Source of the DNA: the human T2T-CHM13v2.0 reference genome, Homo sapiens
Assembly (NCBI RefSeq): GCF_009914755.1
Contig: NC_060936.1
Strand: one strand, 5' to 3'
Length of the DNA stretch: 64,000 nt
Position 1 is the first letter of the stretch, and every line of letters starts with the position of its first letter. The translations under genes were made by a program, and so were the position numbers. The notes under the pieces are model-generated. The model saw only the letters and a list, made by a program, of their open reading frames with translations, had not been told where the DNA came from and did no database searches. Below are positions 41,715-54,747 of the stretch, in pieces.

Positions 41715-41950
41715 CCAAGAGTTCAAACTCAAATGCACACAGGGGCCAGGTGGTGACAGGTGGGAATTAGAGGAGGAAGACAGTGTCAGAGGCCAGCCTG
41801 AGGTCTGAAGCCCCTTCTCAGCTCCTGCTAATGAATTCTATGGCCATGAGATCCCTGTGGCCAGATCGTCCTATTCTTCAAGAAAGTCCAGAAATTTAGG
41901 TTTTACTCTGGTACCTTTTAAAGTTTAAATGTTGGTACCACAATTTGCCA
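41715..41950 (+). mobile_element. MER103C
   Basis: caaactcaaatgcacacaggggccagg...gccagatcgtcctattcttcaagaaagtccagaaat. Confidence 0.7.
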
Positions 41951-42094
41951 CAGAAAAGAGAATGAAGACAAAAGAAAGGAAAATAAAATAAAATGAAGAT
42001 AATAGAAAAGAAAATTATGTAAAGAAAATTCAGCATACTTAGAGTTGCATTTGGCCATCAGCTCCAATCTGCCAGGCCTGGGTTACAGCCCTTG

Positions 42095-42215
42095 CCCGAG
42101 GCCAGGGAGGGACCAGGTATCCTTTATTTGTCAAGGTGTCCACTGTACATTGCACAGAGCCTGCCACGTGGGAGGTGCTCATTAACACATGTGGAATGCA
42201 TGAGTGCAAGAAAGA
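42095..42215 (+). mobile_element. L2 3' end
   Basis: gcacagagcctgccacgtgggaggtgctcattaacacatgtggaatgcatgagtg. Confidence 0.65.
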
Positions 42216-42899
42216 TGGTGAATATGACAATGAGTAATTGCAGGGTAGAAATTCAAGCACGTTCATCAGCAGCTATCCTGGGAATTCCACCGCACATTCT
42301 GTTCTCTAAGCACAGCTATTCTAACTATAGATGGCCAAGATTGATCGTTCTCTCAAGGGCATGGCAGAATCGTTTGCATTGGGTCTTTTTACGTTAATTT
42401 AAATTTCTTTCACATTTTGCCTATTGTGCTAATGCGCATTTACAAAGAAAGCAATAAACAGATGTCTCTCAGCACCAAAGAGCTTTAATCTTTCACACAA
42501 CTTTAATTTTATTTTCCTGTTTAATACTCTTCAGTAAATATTGTGAAATACAGACTTCAGTCCAAATAATCCAATTTTACTGGAAACTCTGAAGAGTTGA
42601 TACTGAGGACACACCAGCTTGACCAAGCTAAACGAGTCACACAGCCACTATTTAAAATGTGTTCTGTGGCCATATGATTGTCCAAAAACACATCCAAAGA
42701 AAATGTATTCAAAAGAGACTTTTATTGAGTTCATCCAAGCATAAAAGAGCAGTAAGAGCAAGAAAGGCTCAGCATTGACCTTGGCATGACCTTGTGGCCA
42801 CCATGTTGGTGTCTCAATGCCAGTGCTCAGGGAACATTGGGGATATCCCTGCTGCCCCTCTGGATGAGATAATACATTCAGGATCATTGGTCCATAGAT

Positions 42900-43500
42900 G
42901 ATGGGGTCCCCTGCTGAAATTCCTACAGGGGCCAGGAAGGAATATGAATGAGTAAGAATGCTGGGGAATTTTCTTCAGGATACATTTTTTGGAATATTGA
43001 GCACATAGCCATCTCTTTCGCTTTCATAACAATAAAGTCTGAGGTCTCCCACCTTTCTGGAAGCAACTGGTTCTCTTCATCTTGTTTTTGTTTATTCCTT
43101 TTTGATAAATACATGAAACAGGAAATACTTCACTTTTTTCTTAACTTTATTACTAGAAGAAGTAAATAAAATGGCAGAGTCATGATAGTGAATGCAATCC
43201 ACACCAACATAGTATTAGACGGTAAACAATGGTGTGAAATGTCCTTCCAAAGTCAGCAGCCACAGGATTAGACAGTAAGGGATGACATGGATTGTCCTTC
43301 TAAAGTCAGCAGCCTCTCTTTGTGTTCCACAGATTTTTACCAGACAGAAACAAGTGTCAGTGGGATCAGAACTTCTACAATTTCCAGAGAAAACTAAAAT
43401 CTGGACTTTTACATAAAATATTATGAATTTTAAATGTTGTCAATAATTCCCTTTCTAAAAACACTTCCTGACAGAACAGGACCACTCACACAAAACACAT
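42900..43500 (+). mobile_element. Fragmented MER103C
   Basis: cctacaggggccaggaagg at the start; ttccagagaaaactaaaatctggacttttacataaaa...ttttaaatgttgtcaa. Confidence 0.55.
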
Positions 43501-43584
43501 GGGACCTTTGTAGTAATTTTCTTTCTGAGCATGGCTAACTTACTTGATACGCATATCTCAAGAAAGCGTATTTTATTCTAATGC

Positions 43585-43870
43585 TTGCTCACTCATTCAT
43601 CCATGTATTCCTTCCAAAAATATTTACTGACCAGACCTCTGCAACATACACCCTGCCAAGAAGAACAAGAATGGGGTTCACATCAGTGCCCTCAAAAGCT
43701 CATATTTTGATTAGGGACAAATTAATGAAGCAGGTGCCCATTGTATGGGGCAGGGACTGCTGATAGGGTGAGCACAGGGATGAGCAAGTGATGGATGGGG
43801 AAGCTACCACCCCACTTGGAGAACCAGTGTTGGCCTTCATGGGCAGGCCAAGCCAGTAGGACCATCTGAA
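43585..43870 (-). mobile_element. L2 3' end
   Basis: ctcactcattcatcc...aaaatatttactga...gtgccctcaaaagctcata. Confidence 0.65.
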
Positions 43871-44071
43871 CTTCCTGGAAATTTAAATTTTTGATACACT
43901 GAAACTGGAAGAATGAAGGTTATCTTCTATTCTAGCTATTTTAACACAGAAAAGGAAAGAGAAGAAGAAGTCATAGTAGCAGCAGAAAGCTATAAAAGAG
44001 GAATCTTATCTCACTTGTATTGGAGGTGGTTTATGCGAAGCTGGGGGAGAATAGAAAGAAAAATGCACAGG

Positions 44072-44380
44072 AGCTCACACCTGTAATCCCAGCGCTTTGA
44101 GAGGCCGAGACGGGCAGATCACCTGAGGTCAGGAGTTCAAGACCAGCCGGACCAACATGGAGAAACCCCATCTCTACTAAAATACAAAAAATAAATAAAT
44201 AAATAAATTAGCCAGGCATGGTGGCAGGCGCCTATAATCTCAGCTCCTCGGGAGGCTGAGGCAGGAGAATTGCTTGAACCCAGGGGGCAGAGGTTGCAGT
44301 GAGCTGAGATCAAGTCACTGCCCGCCAGCCTGGGCAAAACAGCACAGGGCAAGACTGCCTGTCAGAATAAAAAAAGAAAA
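44072..44380 (+). mobile_element. AluSp-like
   Basis: Diagnostic accaacatggagaaacccc; both arms; short A-tail. Confidence 0.9.
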
Positions 44381-44504
44381 GGTAAGATGTATCATAAGCT
44401 GGACTACTGGGCAGTCACTGCACAAGTCGTATGTTACTTTCTTAGCAATCAAAAACAGGCTAAAAGAATTCTCAGCTGTTAAAAGACAAGATATAGGTGT
44501 TCCT

Positions 44505-45290
44505 TCACTCACTCACTCATCAGCAAATATTGATAGGACAGACTCTAGGTGCTCATTTTTGTTCTAGGTAAAGTGATGGATGGACTAAAACAGCAACAAC
44601 AAGATACTTCCTTCATGAAATGATGAAATCTACAGTCTAGTCAGGAGACTTGGGAGATAAAAGCACTGAAAATAAACAGATATGAAAGTTTCAAATAAAG
44701 ACTAAAGAAGCAGGTGATGCATGGACACAGGGAGGGGAACAACACACACTGGGACCTGAGGGGGTGGGGTGGGGTGAGGTGAGGGGGAGGATTAGGAAAA
44801 ATAGCTAATTCATGCTGGGCTTCACATCTCGGTGATGGATTGATAGGTGCAGCAAACCACAATGGCACACGTTTACCTATATAACAAACCTGCACGTCCT
44901 GCCAGTGTACTCCAGAACTTAAAAATTTTTTTAACAGTCAGTTATATGTATGGATTTTATAATATTAAACCATTCCTGTATTTCTATGATCAGAAAAAAA
45001 AAAGAAAAAGAAGCAGGTGATGTAGTGGAAGGTGGCTGGGCCACTTTGGAAGAGTAGCCAGACAGGTCCTCTCTGAGGGGACATGTGAGGGTGGACCTGC
45101 GTGATGAGCAGGAACCAGCAAGATGACTGTCAGAGTGAGGATGTGCCGGGCATGGGGAACAGCAAGTGCAAAGGAGGGAACACACTTGGCGTGTGGGTGG
45201 AGTAGCTGGAGGGACAGCATGGCCTGCGGGCAGGGAGCAGCTGGGAGGGGGGCGGGGAGAAGCTACAGGGGGCCAAATCAGAGAGACCAC
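44505..45290 (-). mobile_element. L2 interrupted by an L1PA
   Basis: cactcactcactcatcagcaaatattgat...ctctctgagggg...ggggaacagcaagtgcaaagg. Confidence 0.7.
44720..45006 (+). mobile_element. 5'-truncated L1PA 3'UTR with 3' transduction
   Basis: catggacacagggaggggaacaacacacactggg...cagcaaaccac...ccagaacttaaaa; perfect 16-bp TSD aaagaagcaggtgatg at 44704-44719 and 45007-45022. Confidence 0.92.
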
Positions 45291-45497
45291 CACATCCTGA
45301 GTATTTGAGTGGTGAGCACATAATAGATATCAAAAACCTGGCTACTTTGCTGCTATAGAACAAGAGGACATGGTTCTGACCTTCATGGAGCTTAACACTC
45401 TAGAGAGGAAAAGCAACACCACACGAAAGCAAAACACAGATTTAGAAGAAGCACCCTTGGTTTCTTCCCATCACCCTTCCCTCTTGGGAATGCCCCA

Positions 45498-45662
45498 CCA
45501 CACATGGGCATGAAAGGTGCCCTTGACCTCGTCATGCAGCCACAGCTGATTGGACCGGGAGTGAACACCTCACTCAGGTGGGGGCCAATCAACGTCCCTC
45601 CTCTCCCTGAAGTGTGAAAGAGTCCATGGTCCATGAGCTGCAGGGAGCTGAAGTGAAAATCA
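45498..45662. repeat. Donor of ~165-bp local copy at 48881-49043 (old LTR-like fragment)
   Basis: ~85% identity by hand alignment. Confidence 0.92.
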
Positions 45663-45829
45663 CTTGACTAGGTGTTGGGAGCCCTGAGGCAGCCAGGGAC
45701 CAGGGCAAGTGGAGAGAGGGAACTGAGAAGTTGGAAAATAATAATAATATTCACAGTATTAGATGTTGGGGTCCCAAGCTGAAATTCCTACAGGTGCCAG
45801 GAAGGAAGAAAACTCATTAATAGCTTACT

Positions 45830-46040
45830 TATGACAATAGCTGGTTAAATTATTTTAAATGCACTAGCACATTGAATCCTCACAACAGTCTTGGAAGAAC
45901 TATCGTATTCCCATTTTACAAATGATAAAACTGAGGGACAGTTTGAAAATGGAGCCAAGGTACAGAAATAAATGTAATAAAGTACCATTTGGCCCTAGAA
46001 CTAGAGACAGAAAGATTGGCTACTAAAAATCCAACCTCCC
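45830..46040 (-). mobile_element. MIR
   Basis: aatcctcacaacagtc...attcccattttacaaatgataaaactgagggacag. Confidence 0.75.
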
Positions 46041-49000
46041 AGTGATGTCAAGTTTTGTTCAATAGAGTATCAATACTCTACTCCTCAAGAGGTTCTGTTT
46101 TCTACGGTAACTCCCCATTAAGCAAACAGGCCATGGTTAGGTCACCTTCTTGGCTGTTTTCCTGGCCTTCAGGAATGTTTGCTGATTTGCTAACAGTCTT
46201 CATTCTAAACCCATTGAGGGCCTGTGGCTCCTGTGAGTTGAGGTTTGTTTGGTACCATATTCCTTTTTTTAAGATTGTCAAGAAAAAGAAATCCTTACTC
46301 TTTATGTCCAACTGCCATCCATGGTGCTTACCCTACCATGCCCCTGTAGATGTAAGTGTAAATTTCAAGAGAGTTTTCTGGACTATCTCATTAAAGAAGG
46401 TCCAACCTATCAATATTTTTCAAGCTTTCTTACTCCAATATTTAATAGGCACACTGTTTACGCCACAAGGGTGTTATCACCACTAACTTGTGTTCTTGAA
46501 GTATTTAAAGAAATATCCTCTCAGGGGAAAAAAATGCACGTGGTTACCTTTGGCCTTAAGTGTGATTATGTGGGGAAACCCTGTGACTGGTCATCTGTTG
46601 GCAGCATTTTAGTACAACAGCCCCATAAAGAAGACAGCACAGTTAATGTTAGTTTGGTAGCTCAACAGTCACTTCTTCCTGTTGCTTGCTGTAGCAAGTC
46701 ATGCATGGTGGTATGAGAAATCATGTGAGGGAGAAATTAATATGGGCTGAATTTTGGCTTTTTACAAATTTAATGAAAGCAAACCCACAGACCAAAGAAA
46801 CTCAACAAACTCTGAAAACAATAACATATTTCACAACAAAGAACATTACCATGGACAAACAAAGTCATTTAATTATGATAAAGACTTTAATAATGATAAA
46901 GGGGAAAATTCCTCAAAAGGACAATATTACTACACATGCGTGTGCTTGATTAAAGATCTCCAAAATACATGAAGCAAAACTTACAAAACTACAGGAGAAA
47001 TAAACAAATACACAATTCTGGTTAATAATTTCTAGAACAAAGAGGAAAGATAACAGCAAAGATATAGAAGACTTGAACAACAATATCAATCAAGTAGACC
47101 TTAGAATGTTCCACCCAATATTATCAGAATATATAATCTTTTCAAGTGCATAAAAAACACGTACCAAATTAAACTGTATTCTGGATCATAAACAAATCTT
47201 AATAAATCTGAAATGATTCCTGTCATACAAACAAATGTTCCCAGCAAATAGCAAAAAGATATCTTGAAAATCCACCAAACTGTCAGAACATAAGTAGCAC
47301 TCTTCTAAATAATGCACAGATCAAAGAAAAAACTGAAAGGGAAATTAGAAAGTATTTTGAACTAAATGAAACCGAAACCGTAATTTATTAAAATGTGTGT
47401 GATGTCACTAAAGCAGGACTCAGGTGGACAAATTATAGCACATACACCCCAAATTAGAAAATTTGTGAAAAAAGATTTCAAAGCAATAATTTTAGCTTTC
47501 TACCTTAAGAAAAATTTTTAAAAAGTGATCATTATGAAACCAAAAGCTAGTTCTTTCAGATTTTTAAAATGGATAAACTTCTAGCCAAACTCATTAGGAA
47601 CAATAAAAAAGAAAGACAGAAAAAGAGATACAAATTGCCAGTAGCAAGAATAAAAGAGGTTAAGTAATTACATATTCTTGAAATATTCAAAAGATAATGA
47701 AAGGAAATTATGCATAACTCTAACAACAAATATAATGAGTTGGATAAAATTGACATGTAACTCCTAAGGCATGTGCTGACAAAGCTTACTGAAGAAAATT
47801 ATATTCTTGGAATCACCACACATGTGATTATATTACTATAGGTTTTATAGGTAAACATCTCACAGACAACATTCGAGGTACAGGTTATTTCACTGGATAA
47901 TTCTACCAAGTAAGTAATACAGAAATAACATAAGTCATACACAAACATGCAAACTCTTCTAAAAAGTTGCAAAGAAAAGAATTCCAAACTCATTGTACAA
48001 GACCAGTATTACCCTGATAACAAAATCAAAGACATTAGAGAAAATGAAAGAATACTAATATACTTCATGAAATAGATAGACAAATGCTAAACAAAATTTA
48101 ATCAAGTATCATGCAACAACACAGATGAATATAACATCATGGCCAAGTATGTTTTCTCTGTAGAATACAAGATTTATTTAACATTTGAAAATCACCATAT
48201 TAGGGTAAAAAGACATATTACCATCTCAGTAGGTGTAGAGGAAACATTTGAGAAAATTCAGTCCTCTCCCTTAATAGAAAACGCTCAAGAACTGTAATAG
48301 AAGAAATGTTTATTAACTTGATAAGGGGTTATCTGTGAAAACATACACATAACATCATACTTAATGGTGAAAGAATTAATGTTTTTACCCTAAGATCAGA
48401 AACAACAAAGGATGTCCATTATTACTACTTTTATTCAATATTTTACTGACTGTTCTGGCCAGTGCAATATTGCCTAAATTTGTAAGTAAAAAAGTAAATG
48501 TATATATATTTAAATAAATGCATGAATTTTAAATAGTTATATAGTTTAGAAAGACATAAAACTATTTTTATTCACAGATGGCATAATGGTCTATACAGAA
48601 AATGTGATGAAATCTATAAAAACATTACTAGAACTAATAATTAGGTTAAATAATACTGCAGGAAACATGGTCAGTATATAGAAACCAATTATATTTACTA
48701 TCAACAAAAAATGAATAATCATGAAATAGACAATTTTTGAAAATACCATTTACCATACCAACAACAAAATATGAAATACTTAGGGCTAAATATAACAAAA
48801 GATGTGCAAAACCTGCACATTGAGTACAATAACACATTGCTCAGATGAATCAAGGAATAGGTAAATTCCTTAATTTCATGCCACTCATGGTCATGAAAAG
48901 TGCCTTTGATCCCGTCATGCAGCCACAGCTGATTGGGCCAGGAATGAACACTTGACCCAGGCGGGGCCAATCAACTTCCTCCTCTCCTTGAAGTGGGAAA

Positions 49001-50084
49001 TAACCCCTGGTCCACGAGCTGCAGGGAGCTGTCGTGAAAATCATACAGAGGCTTGTAATGCTTATGGGTAGAAGCATTCAATGTTGTTAACATGTCAATC
49101 ATGCCTAAATTGGTGTATAGATTCAGTGCAATCCAATTCAAACATCAAGTAGATGTTTTAGAGAAAATTGATAAACTGACCTCAAAATTCACAAAGGAAT
49201 TGAAAGGATCTAAAAGAGTAAAAATAACATTGAAAAAGAACACATTTAGAGAAACTTATTTCAAGACTTATCACAAAGGTACAACAATGAAAACAGTGTA
49301 GTGTCACTGTTAAGAGTGGCAAATAGATAAATGGAACACAACAGAAACTCCAGAAATAAACATTCACATAAATGGATGTCTGATTTCTAACAAAGTAGCA
49401 AGAACAATTTAGTGGAGAATAAAAGATGATAGTTTCAAAAAATGATTCTATAAACATTAGATATTCATATGTAAAAAATAACTCATGCATATCTTTTATA
49501 AAATAACTTAAAATGGATCACAGACTTAACTATAAAACATAAAACAATAAAACCTATAGAATGAAACATCGGAGAAAATCTTTGTGACTTCAGGTGGCAA
49601 TAATTTCTTAGATACAAAACCAAAAACATGTTCCAAGAAAACAAATGGATTAATTAGGCTCCATCAAGATTGAAATTATCTGCTCTGTGAAATACTCTGT
49701 ACAGAGAATGATGAGACAGGTCACAAACTTGGGAGAAAATATTTGTAGCTCAGACATCTGCTAAAATACTTACATCAAAAATATATAAAGACTCAAAATG
49801 AAATAAGAGAGGAAGGAATGAAATAAAAAATGGTAAATAACTGCACAAATACTGCACCAAAGAAAAGAAATGGATGCCAAATAAATCAGGTTAAGAAGAT
49901 GCTTCATATCATTAGTCCTTAAATAAATGTGAATTCAAGCAAAATGAGCTAGTATTACACAGCTATTATAATGGCTAAAATGTTTAACAATATAATGTGA
50001 TAATGGCAGGGAGGCAGATTTTCTGGGATTCTCGTTTACACATTACTGGTGGAAATTCAAAATGGTATAGCCACTCTGTAAGGA

Positions 50085-50448
50085 TAATATGGTTTGGCTC
50101 GGTGTCCCCACTCAAATCTCATCTAAAATTGTAATCCCCACATGTCCAGAGGGGAACCTGGTGAGAGCTGATTGGATCATGGCGGCAGTTTACCCCACAC
50201 AGTTTTTGTGATAGTGAGGGAGTTCTCATGAGACCTGATAGTTTGTAAGTGGCAGTTTCCCCTGTGTGCTGTCTCTCTCCTGCTGGCGTGTAAGTCATGC
50301 CTTGCTTCCCCTTTGCTTTTCACCATGATTGTAAGTTTCCTGAGGCCTCTCCAGCCATGAGGAACTGGGAGTCAGTTAAATCCCTTTTCTTTATAAATTA
50401 CCCAGCCTCGGGCAGTTCTTTATAGCAGTGTGAAAATGGACTAATATA
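50085..50448 (+). mobile_element. THE1D/MSTA-type solo LTR inside the L1
   Basis: atatggtttggctcggtgtccccactcaaatctcatc...ccatgattgtaagtttcctgaggcct...ggactaata. Confidence 0.92.
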
Positions 50449-51434
50449 AAAGGTGGCAATGTAATCATTTATTTTAAACTTGAGCATACACTTACCATAT
50501 AACCTAGTAAATTCACTCATAGGCATATACCAGTGAGAAATGGAAAATTAAAGACCACAAGAAGACATGCACATAAGTGCTTACAAGAGTTTTATTTAAA
50601 ATCACAAAAACCTGGCAACACCCTGAGAATATTCAGCCAGTGAATGGCTAAAGAAATTATAATACATTCAAATACTACTCAGCATACTAAAATACAAAAA
50701 ACTATTGATACACAAAATACCATGGATGAATACTAAATAATTTTTTTCTATGTGAAAAAAAGCCACTCACAAAGTCTATGTATTATATCATTCTATTTTT
50801 ATGACTTCCTGGAAAAAGAAAAAGAAAAGGAAAGATACAGATATAGAGGTGGAAAACATAGTGTTTTGGGATGTGTGTATGGGCTGACTACAAAGTGGCA
50901 TCATAAGAAAGTTTTGGAGGTGATGGAGCTGTATTTAAGGAACAGTGTTGGTGAGTATATGACCCTATGTATTTGTCAAAATGCACATGACTATATAGCA
51001 TAAAGAGTAGATTTTCATGTACGTTAATTTTAAAAAATCAAACTGTAGGAAAATGCAAGATGATATGCCAGACTATACCTTTGTATTACAAATAGTTCAA
51101 TTAACCCTCCAGAAAGTGGTGGAGAAGAAAAAAGCTGATCTAAATGACTTTGTAAAACATTATTTTAACTGGATGTCTTAAGGTCACAAACAAAAGAACT
51201 GTGCTCAAACACTATTCTTGTTGGTCAATTTGCTTCTCACAGGAGTATGTGCTAGCATTTCTCAAACTATTTTAAATTTATACAAGGTTTGAACAAATAA
51301 GTAAATATATTGTAGCTATTTAGAGCCAGTTTTCTCAACTGTTAGCAAAACAAGATAGCCTTACTAAAAGGGACCAGCTTACAATGAACCTTCATTATTG
51401 GATTAGAATCAGAGATATCGCTATGAACTCAAAT

Positions 51435-51500
51435 ATCTATCTGATCTATCTATCTATCTATCTATCATCTATCATCTATCTTATCTATTTATCTCTTTAT
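51435..51500. repeat. Imperfect (TCTA)n repeat
   Basis: tctatctatctatctatctatc runs. Confidence 0.9.
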
Positions 51501-53472
51501 ATCTCCATGCATCCCTGTATCTGCATCTGTATCTGCATGTAGACAAGATGGATATCCATCTGTCTATATCTTGACATACATATACATATAACTAGATAGA
51601 GAGGGTTATTTTTATCTTTGCACAGATTAGTAAACATGTATTTCCAAGATTTCCTCAATGAGGGTAGAATTAATGACACTGCAGCAGCAATGTGCACACA
51701 TGATAGGTAGATCTTAGTTTCTAAATACCTAACTCCAATAAAAGAAAACAGAGCTGCTTGGTTGGTCTCATGGCTGAGGCAGGAAAAATACACGATGAAC
51801 CTGAAGCATTCTGTAGTTTCAGCAAGTTAAGAAAGTGCTCAAAAAAGAGAGACGTCAAAAGAGTATAGAAACTGCCCTGAAATAGCTCCAAATGGCAGAA
51901 GTGGGAACAATTTGAAAAATAAAATAAATAATGATAGAATCGAGTTGTAATTCAAAGACTAAAGTATTTTTAAATCCAGATGCAAATGAACAAATAATTG
52001 AATAGGAGAGAAAGGTCAGCTCTTCCTGAGAGGGGGATTCCAATTAATGCATGTAAAAAGAATTAAGGAAAGAGAAAAATTACTACTTAGAGAATTAACA
52101 CATTAATAATTTGCTGCATCCAACATCCATATGTGGATGCTAAAATTGGTGAGCAGAAGTTTAAGGAGAAGCAGGAAATTTGCATAGACTCAAATCATAT
52201 TCCTTGAATCAATTAGTTTTTTTTGTTTTGTTTTTACTTTAAAGGGGAAAACTAGTAACTTCAGATTGGAAAGTCTAGAAAGTACCACCTCAGTCAAGTG
52301 ATCAAGGTCAACACAAACATAGGACATATGCATTTCATGTAGCCCCTTTACAAAGCACTGAGAAGGGTCCATGACCTCCATTGTATTCTTCCAGTAAATT
52401 ATAATCTTAATGAAATCATAGGAAAATATCAGACAACCCAGTTTGAGAAACAGTCTAAATATAATTGACCAACACTCTTCTAAAGTATCAAGGTTGTGGA
52501 AAACAAGCAACATCTGTGGAACTGTCACAGAGTAAAGAAGAATCAAAAGATACAGCAGCCAAGTGAAACACAGACCCTGGTATAGGATCCTAGTCGGAAA
52601 AAAGCTGGTGCAATTCAGATGGTCTGTAGTTCAGTTAATAATATCGTACCAATATAAATTTATTCATTTTGATAACTTGGGAGGAAACAGTACGTAGCTT
52701 ATATGGGAAGTCTGTGTCACTTTTGCACCTTTTCTGTAAGTCTTGTTTCATTTTTAACAAATTTAAATTCTTCTGGAAAGGCTACAGCTAATGCCAGAAA
52801 TACTACCCAAAGCAGAGAGAGAGAGATAGAAAGAATATTCTCTCTTCTCTATTCTCCTCTCTGCTTATTGTCCTTCAGTGCCTCCCATTGGCTAAATCTA
52901 CCCAAAAGATAGCAGGGAGAGAGACATGAGAAGTGTAGCTATGGGCAGCTGAGGTAATAAAGAGAAGAGAGCAGGGCAACAATGGGAAATAATTCTGACG
53001 GCAAATAGGTAAACGAGCAGCATGGAGGAAACGGAATACAGGGCATCCTTTACATTTCCATAGCTGAGATGTGTGAGAGACTCAATGTCTGAGATACCAT
53101 CAGCTCTCACCACTCACTCCAATTTGTGTTGCCTGCTTCATAGGGTAGGACTTAAATACACATCCTATTCCATAAAGATGGGTGTACAGTTCCTCCATCA
53201 CTCATTTCCCGGACAAGTGTTAATGTCTCTTTATTTGCTGGAAAAGATGAGATTCAGTGTAGAATAGGCTAGAGATAGACAGGTTAAAAAAAAAAGATGA
53301 GTCTGAGACCAACTTAGCCAACACTCACCTTGTGCTGAATCCCATCTCTTCTCCTGGTGGGAAGAATGGAACCTAGGGCACATGGGAGAAGTTCACACCT
53401 AAGATTTGTAACCTCAGTTGCAAATTCCATGTCTTCAGATGAATACCAGGGCCAACTTCATTCCTTGAGCTT

Positions 53473-53812
53473 TGGTATGGACTGAATATTTTTATCCCTG
53501 CCAAATTCATATCTTGAAATTCTAACCCCCAATGTGACAATATTTTGAGGTGGGGCTTTGGGGAGGTGCTTAGTCATGAGCACAGAGCTCTCACGAATGG
53601 GATTCACTTATAAGATGAGACATGAGAAAATTGCATCCTTATCGCTCCTCTTTGCCCCGTGCAAACCAGGAAGAAAACCCTCACCAAACATGGGATATTT
53701 GGGTGCCTTAATCTTAGACTTCCCAGACTCCAGAACCATGAAAAATAAATGTATGTTGTTGAAGTACTCCAGTCTGTGGTATTTTGTTATGGTACCCAAG
53801 CTGACTAAAACA
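53473..53812 (+). mobile_element. MLT1A/MSTD-type LTR
   Basis: tggtatggactgaat...ccaaattcatatcttgaaattctaacccccaatgtga...ctgactaaaaca. Confidence 0.88.
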
Positions 53813-53919
53813 GCTTTATAGCCATGTTAGCTCTCACCAAGTGAGCATTCTTCTGCCACTGTGGGCTTGAGTCAAGAAATAAATATCAGATGTTTAAAGG
53901 AAACATAGTTATTATCATT

Positions 53920-54310
53920 TGTTATAAGCTAAATTATGTCCCCCTAAAATAATTCGTGTGTTCAAGTCCTAACTCCAAGTACCTCAGAATATGACTATAT
54001 TTGGAGATAGAGTCCTTAAAGATGTAATTAACTAAAAATGAGGTTATTAGAGTGTGTCTTAATCCAATACGGCTGATGTCTTTTCAAGAGAAGGAAATTT
54101 AGATACAGACATGTATGGAGAAAAGACCATGTAAAAACACAGGAAGAAGATAGCCATCTACAAGCCCAGGAGAGAGGACTCAGAAGACACCAACCCTGAC
54201 AACAACTGATTTTCATCTTCTAACCTTCAGAGCTGTGAGACAATAAATGCCTGTTGTTTAAGCCACCAGGTCTGGGTCACTTTGCTATGCGAGTCTTAGA
54301 AAACTAACAC
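53920..54310 (+). mobile_element. MLT1B LTR
   Basis: gtcctaactccaagtacctcagaatatgactatatttggagatagagtc...gtttaagccacc...aaactaacac. Confidence 0.88.
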
Positions 54311-54747
54311 TAAATGACACTTATCTCCTCGATAAGAGAGGTCATAAGTATGTTGGTCTTAAAATTCAGCAGAATTCTCATTTTCCCCAGGTGCCCAGGG
54401 GGATAAATTGGTAAATGTGAGAAGAAGAAACACTTCTGATGTTTTCCCAGGTAAATCTAGAAAGCTGTGACCCTCCTTTTCACCATTAAAGTAACATATT
54501 ATATTCCTCAAGAAAATACTCTTGATCTTTCCATCCATCCTGAATATGGCCGGCTTCCCAGAGCAGCATTTGCTGAAAATATTGTCAAATTTTGGTGATT
54601 AAGAAAGTCAAATTCTGATCCCTTCATGGGCATATTTTTTTTGAGGGATTGAGAAGGAGCTAACTTATGGTAGAAATCAAATTTTGTTATATCTGATTTT
54701 GTTCATTTGAAAAAGTTAAAAAGAAAAAAATTAAGTCTATGTGGGTC

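Larger units (their letters stand above)
46770..52765 (+). mobile_element. Degraded L1MC/MD element (ORF2 plus long 3'UTR)
   Basis: aagacttgaacaacaatatcaatcaa...aacatcatacttaatggtgaaaga...agattcagtgcaatcc; ORF2-like peptide MSIMPKLVYRFSAIQFK. Confidence 0.88.

Noticed and set aside
46055-46716. 143-aa and 131-aa ORFs in non-repeat DNA as an exon or pseudogene
   Set aside because: No recognisable homology, poly-A or TSD; splice-like motifs at chance level
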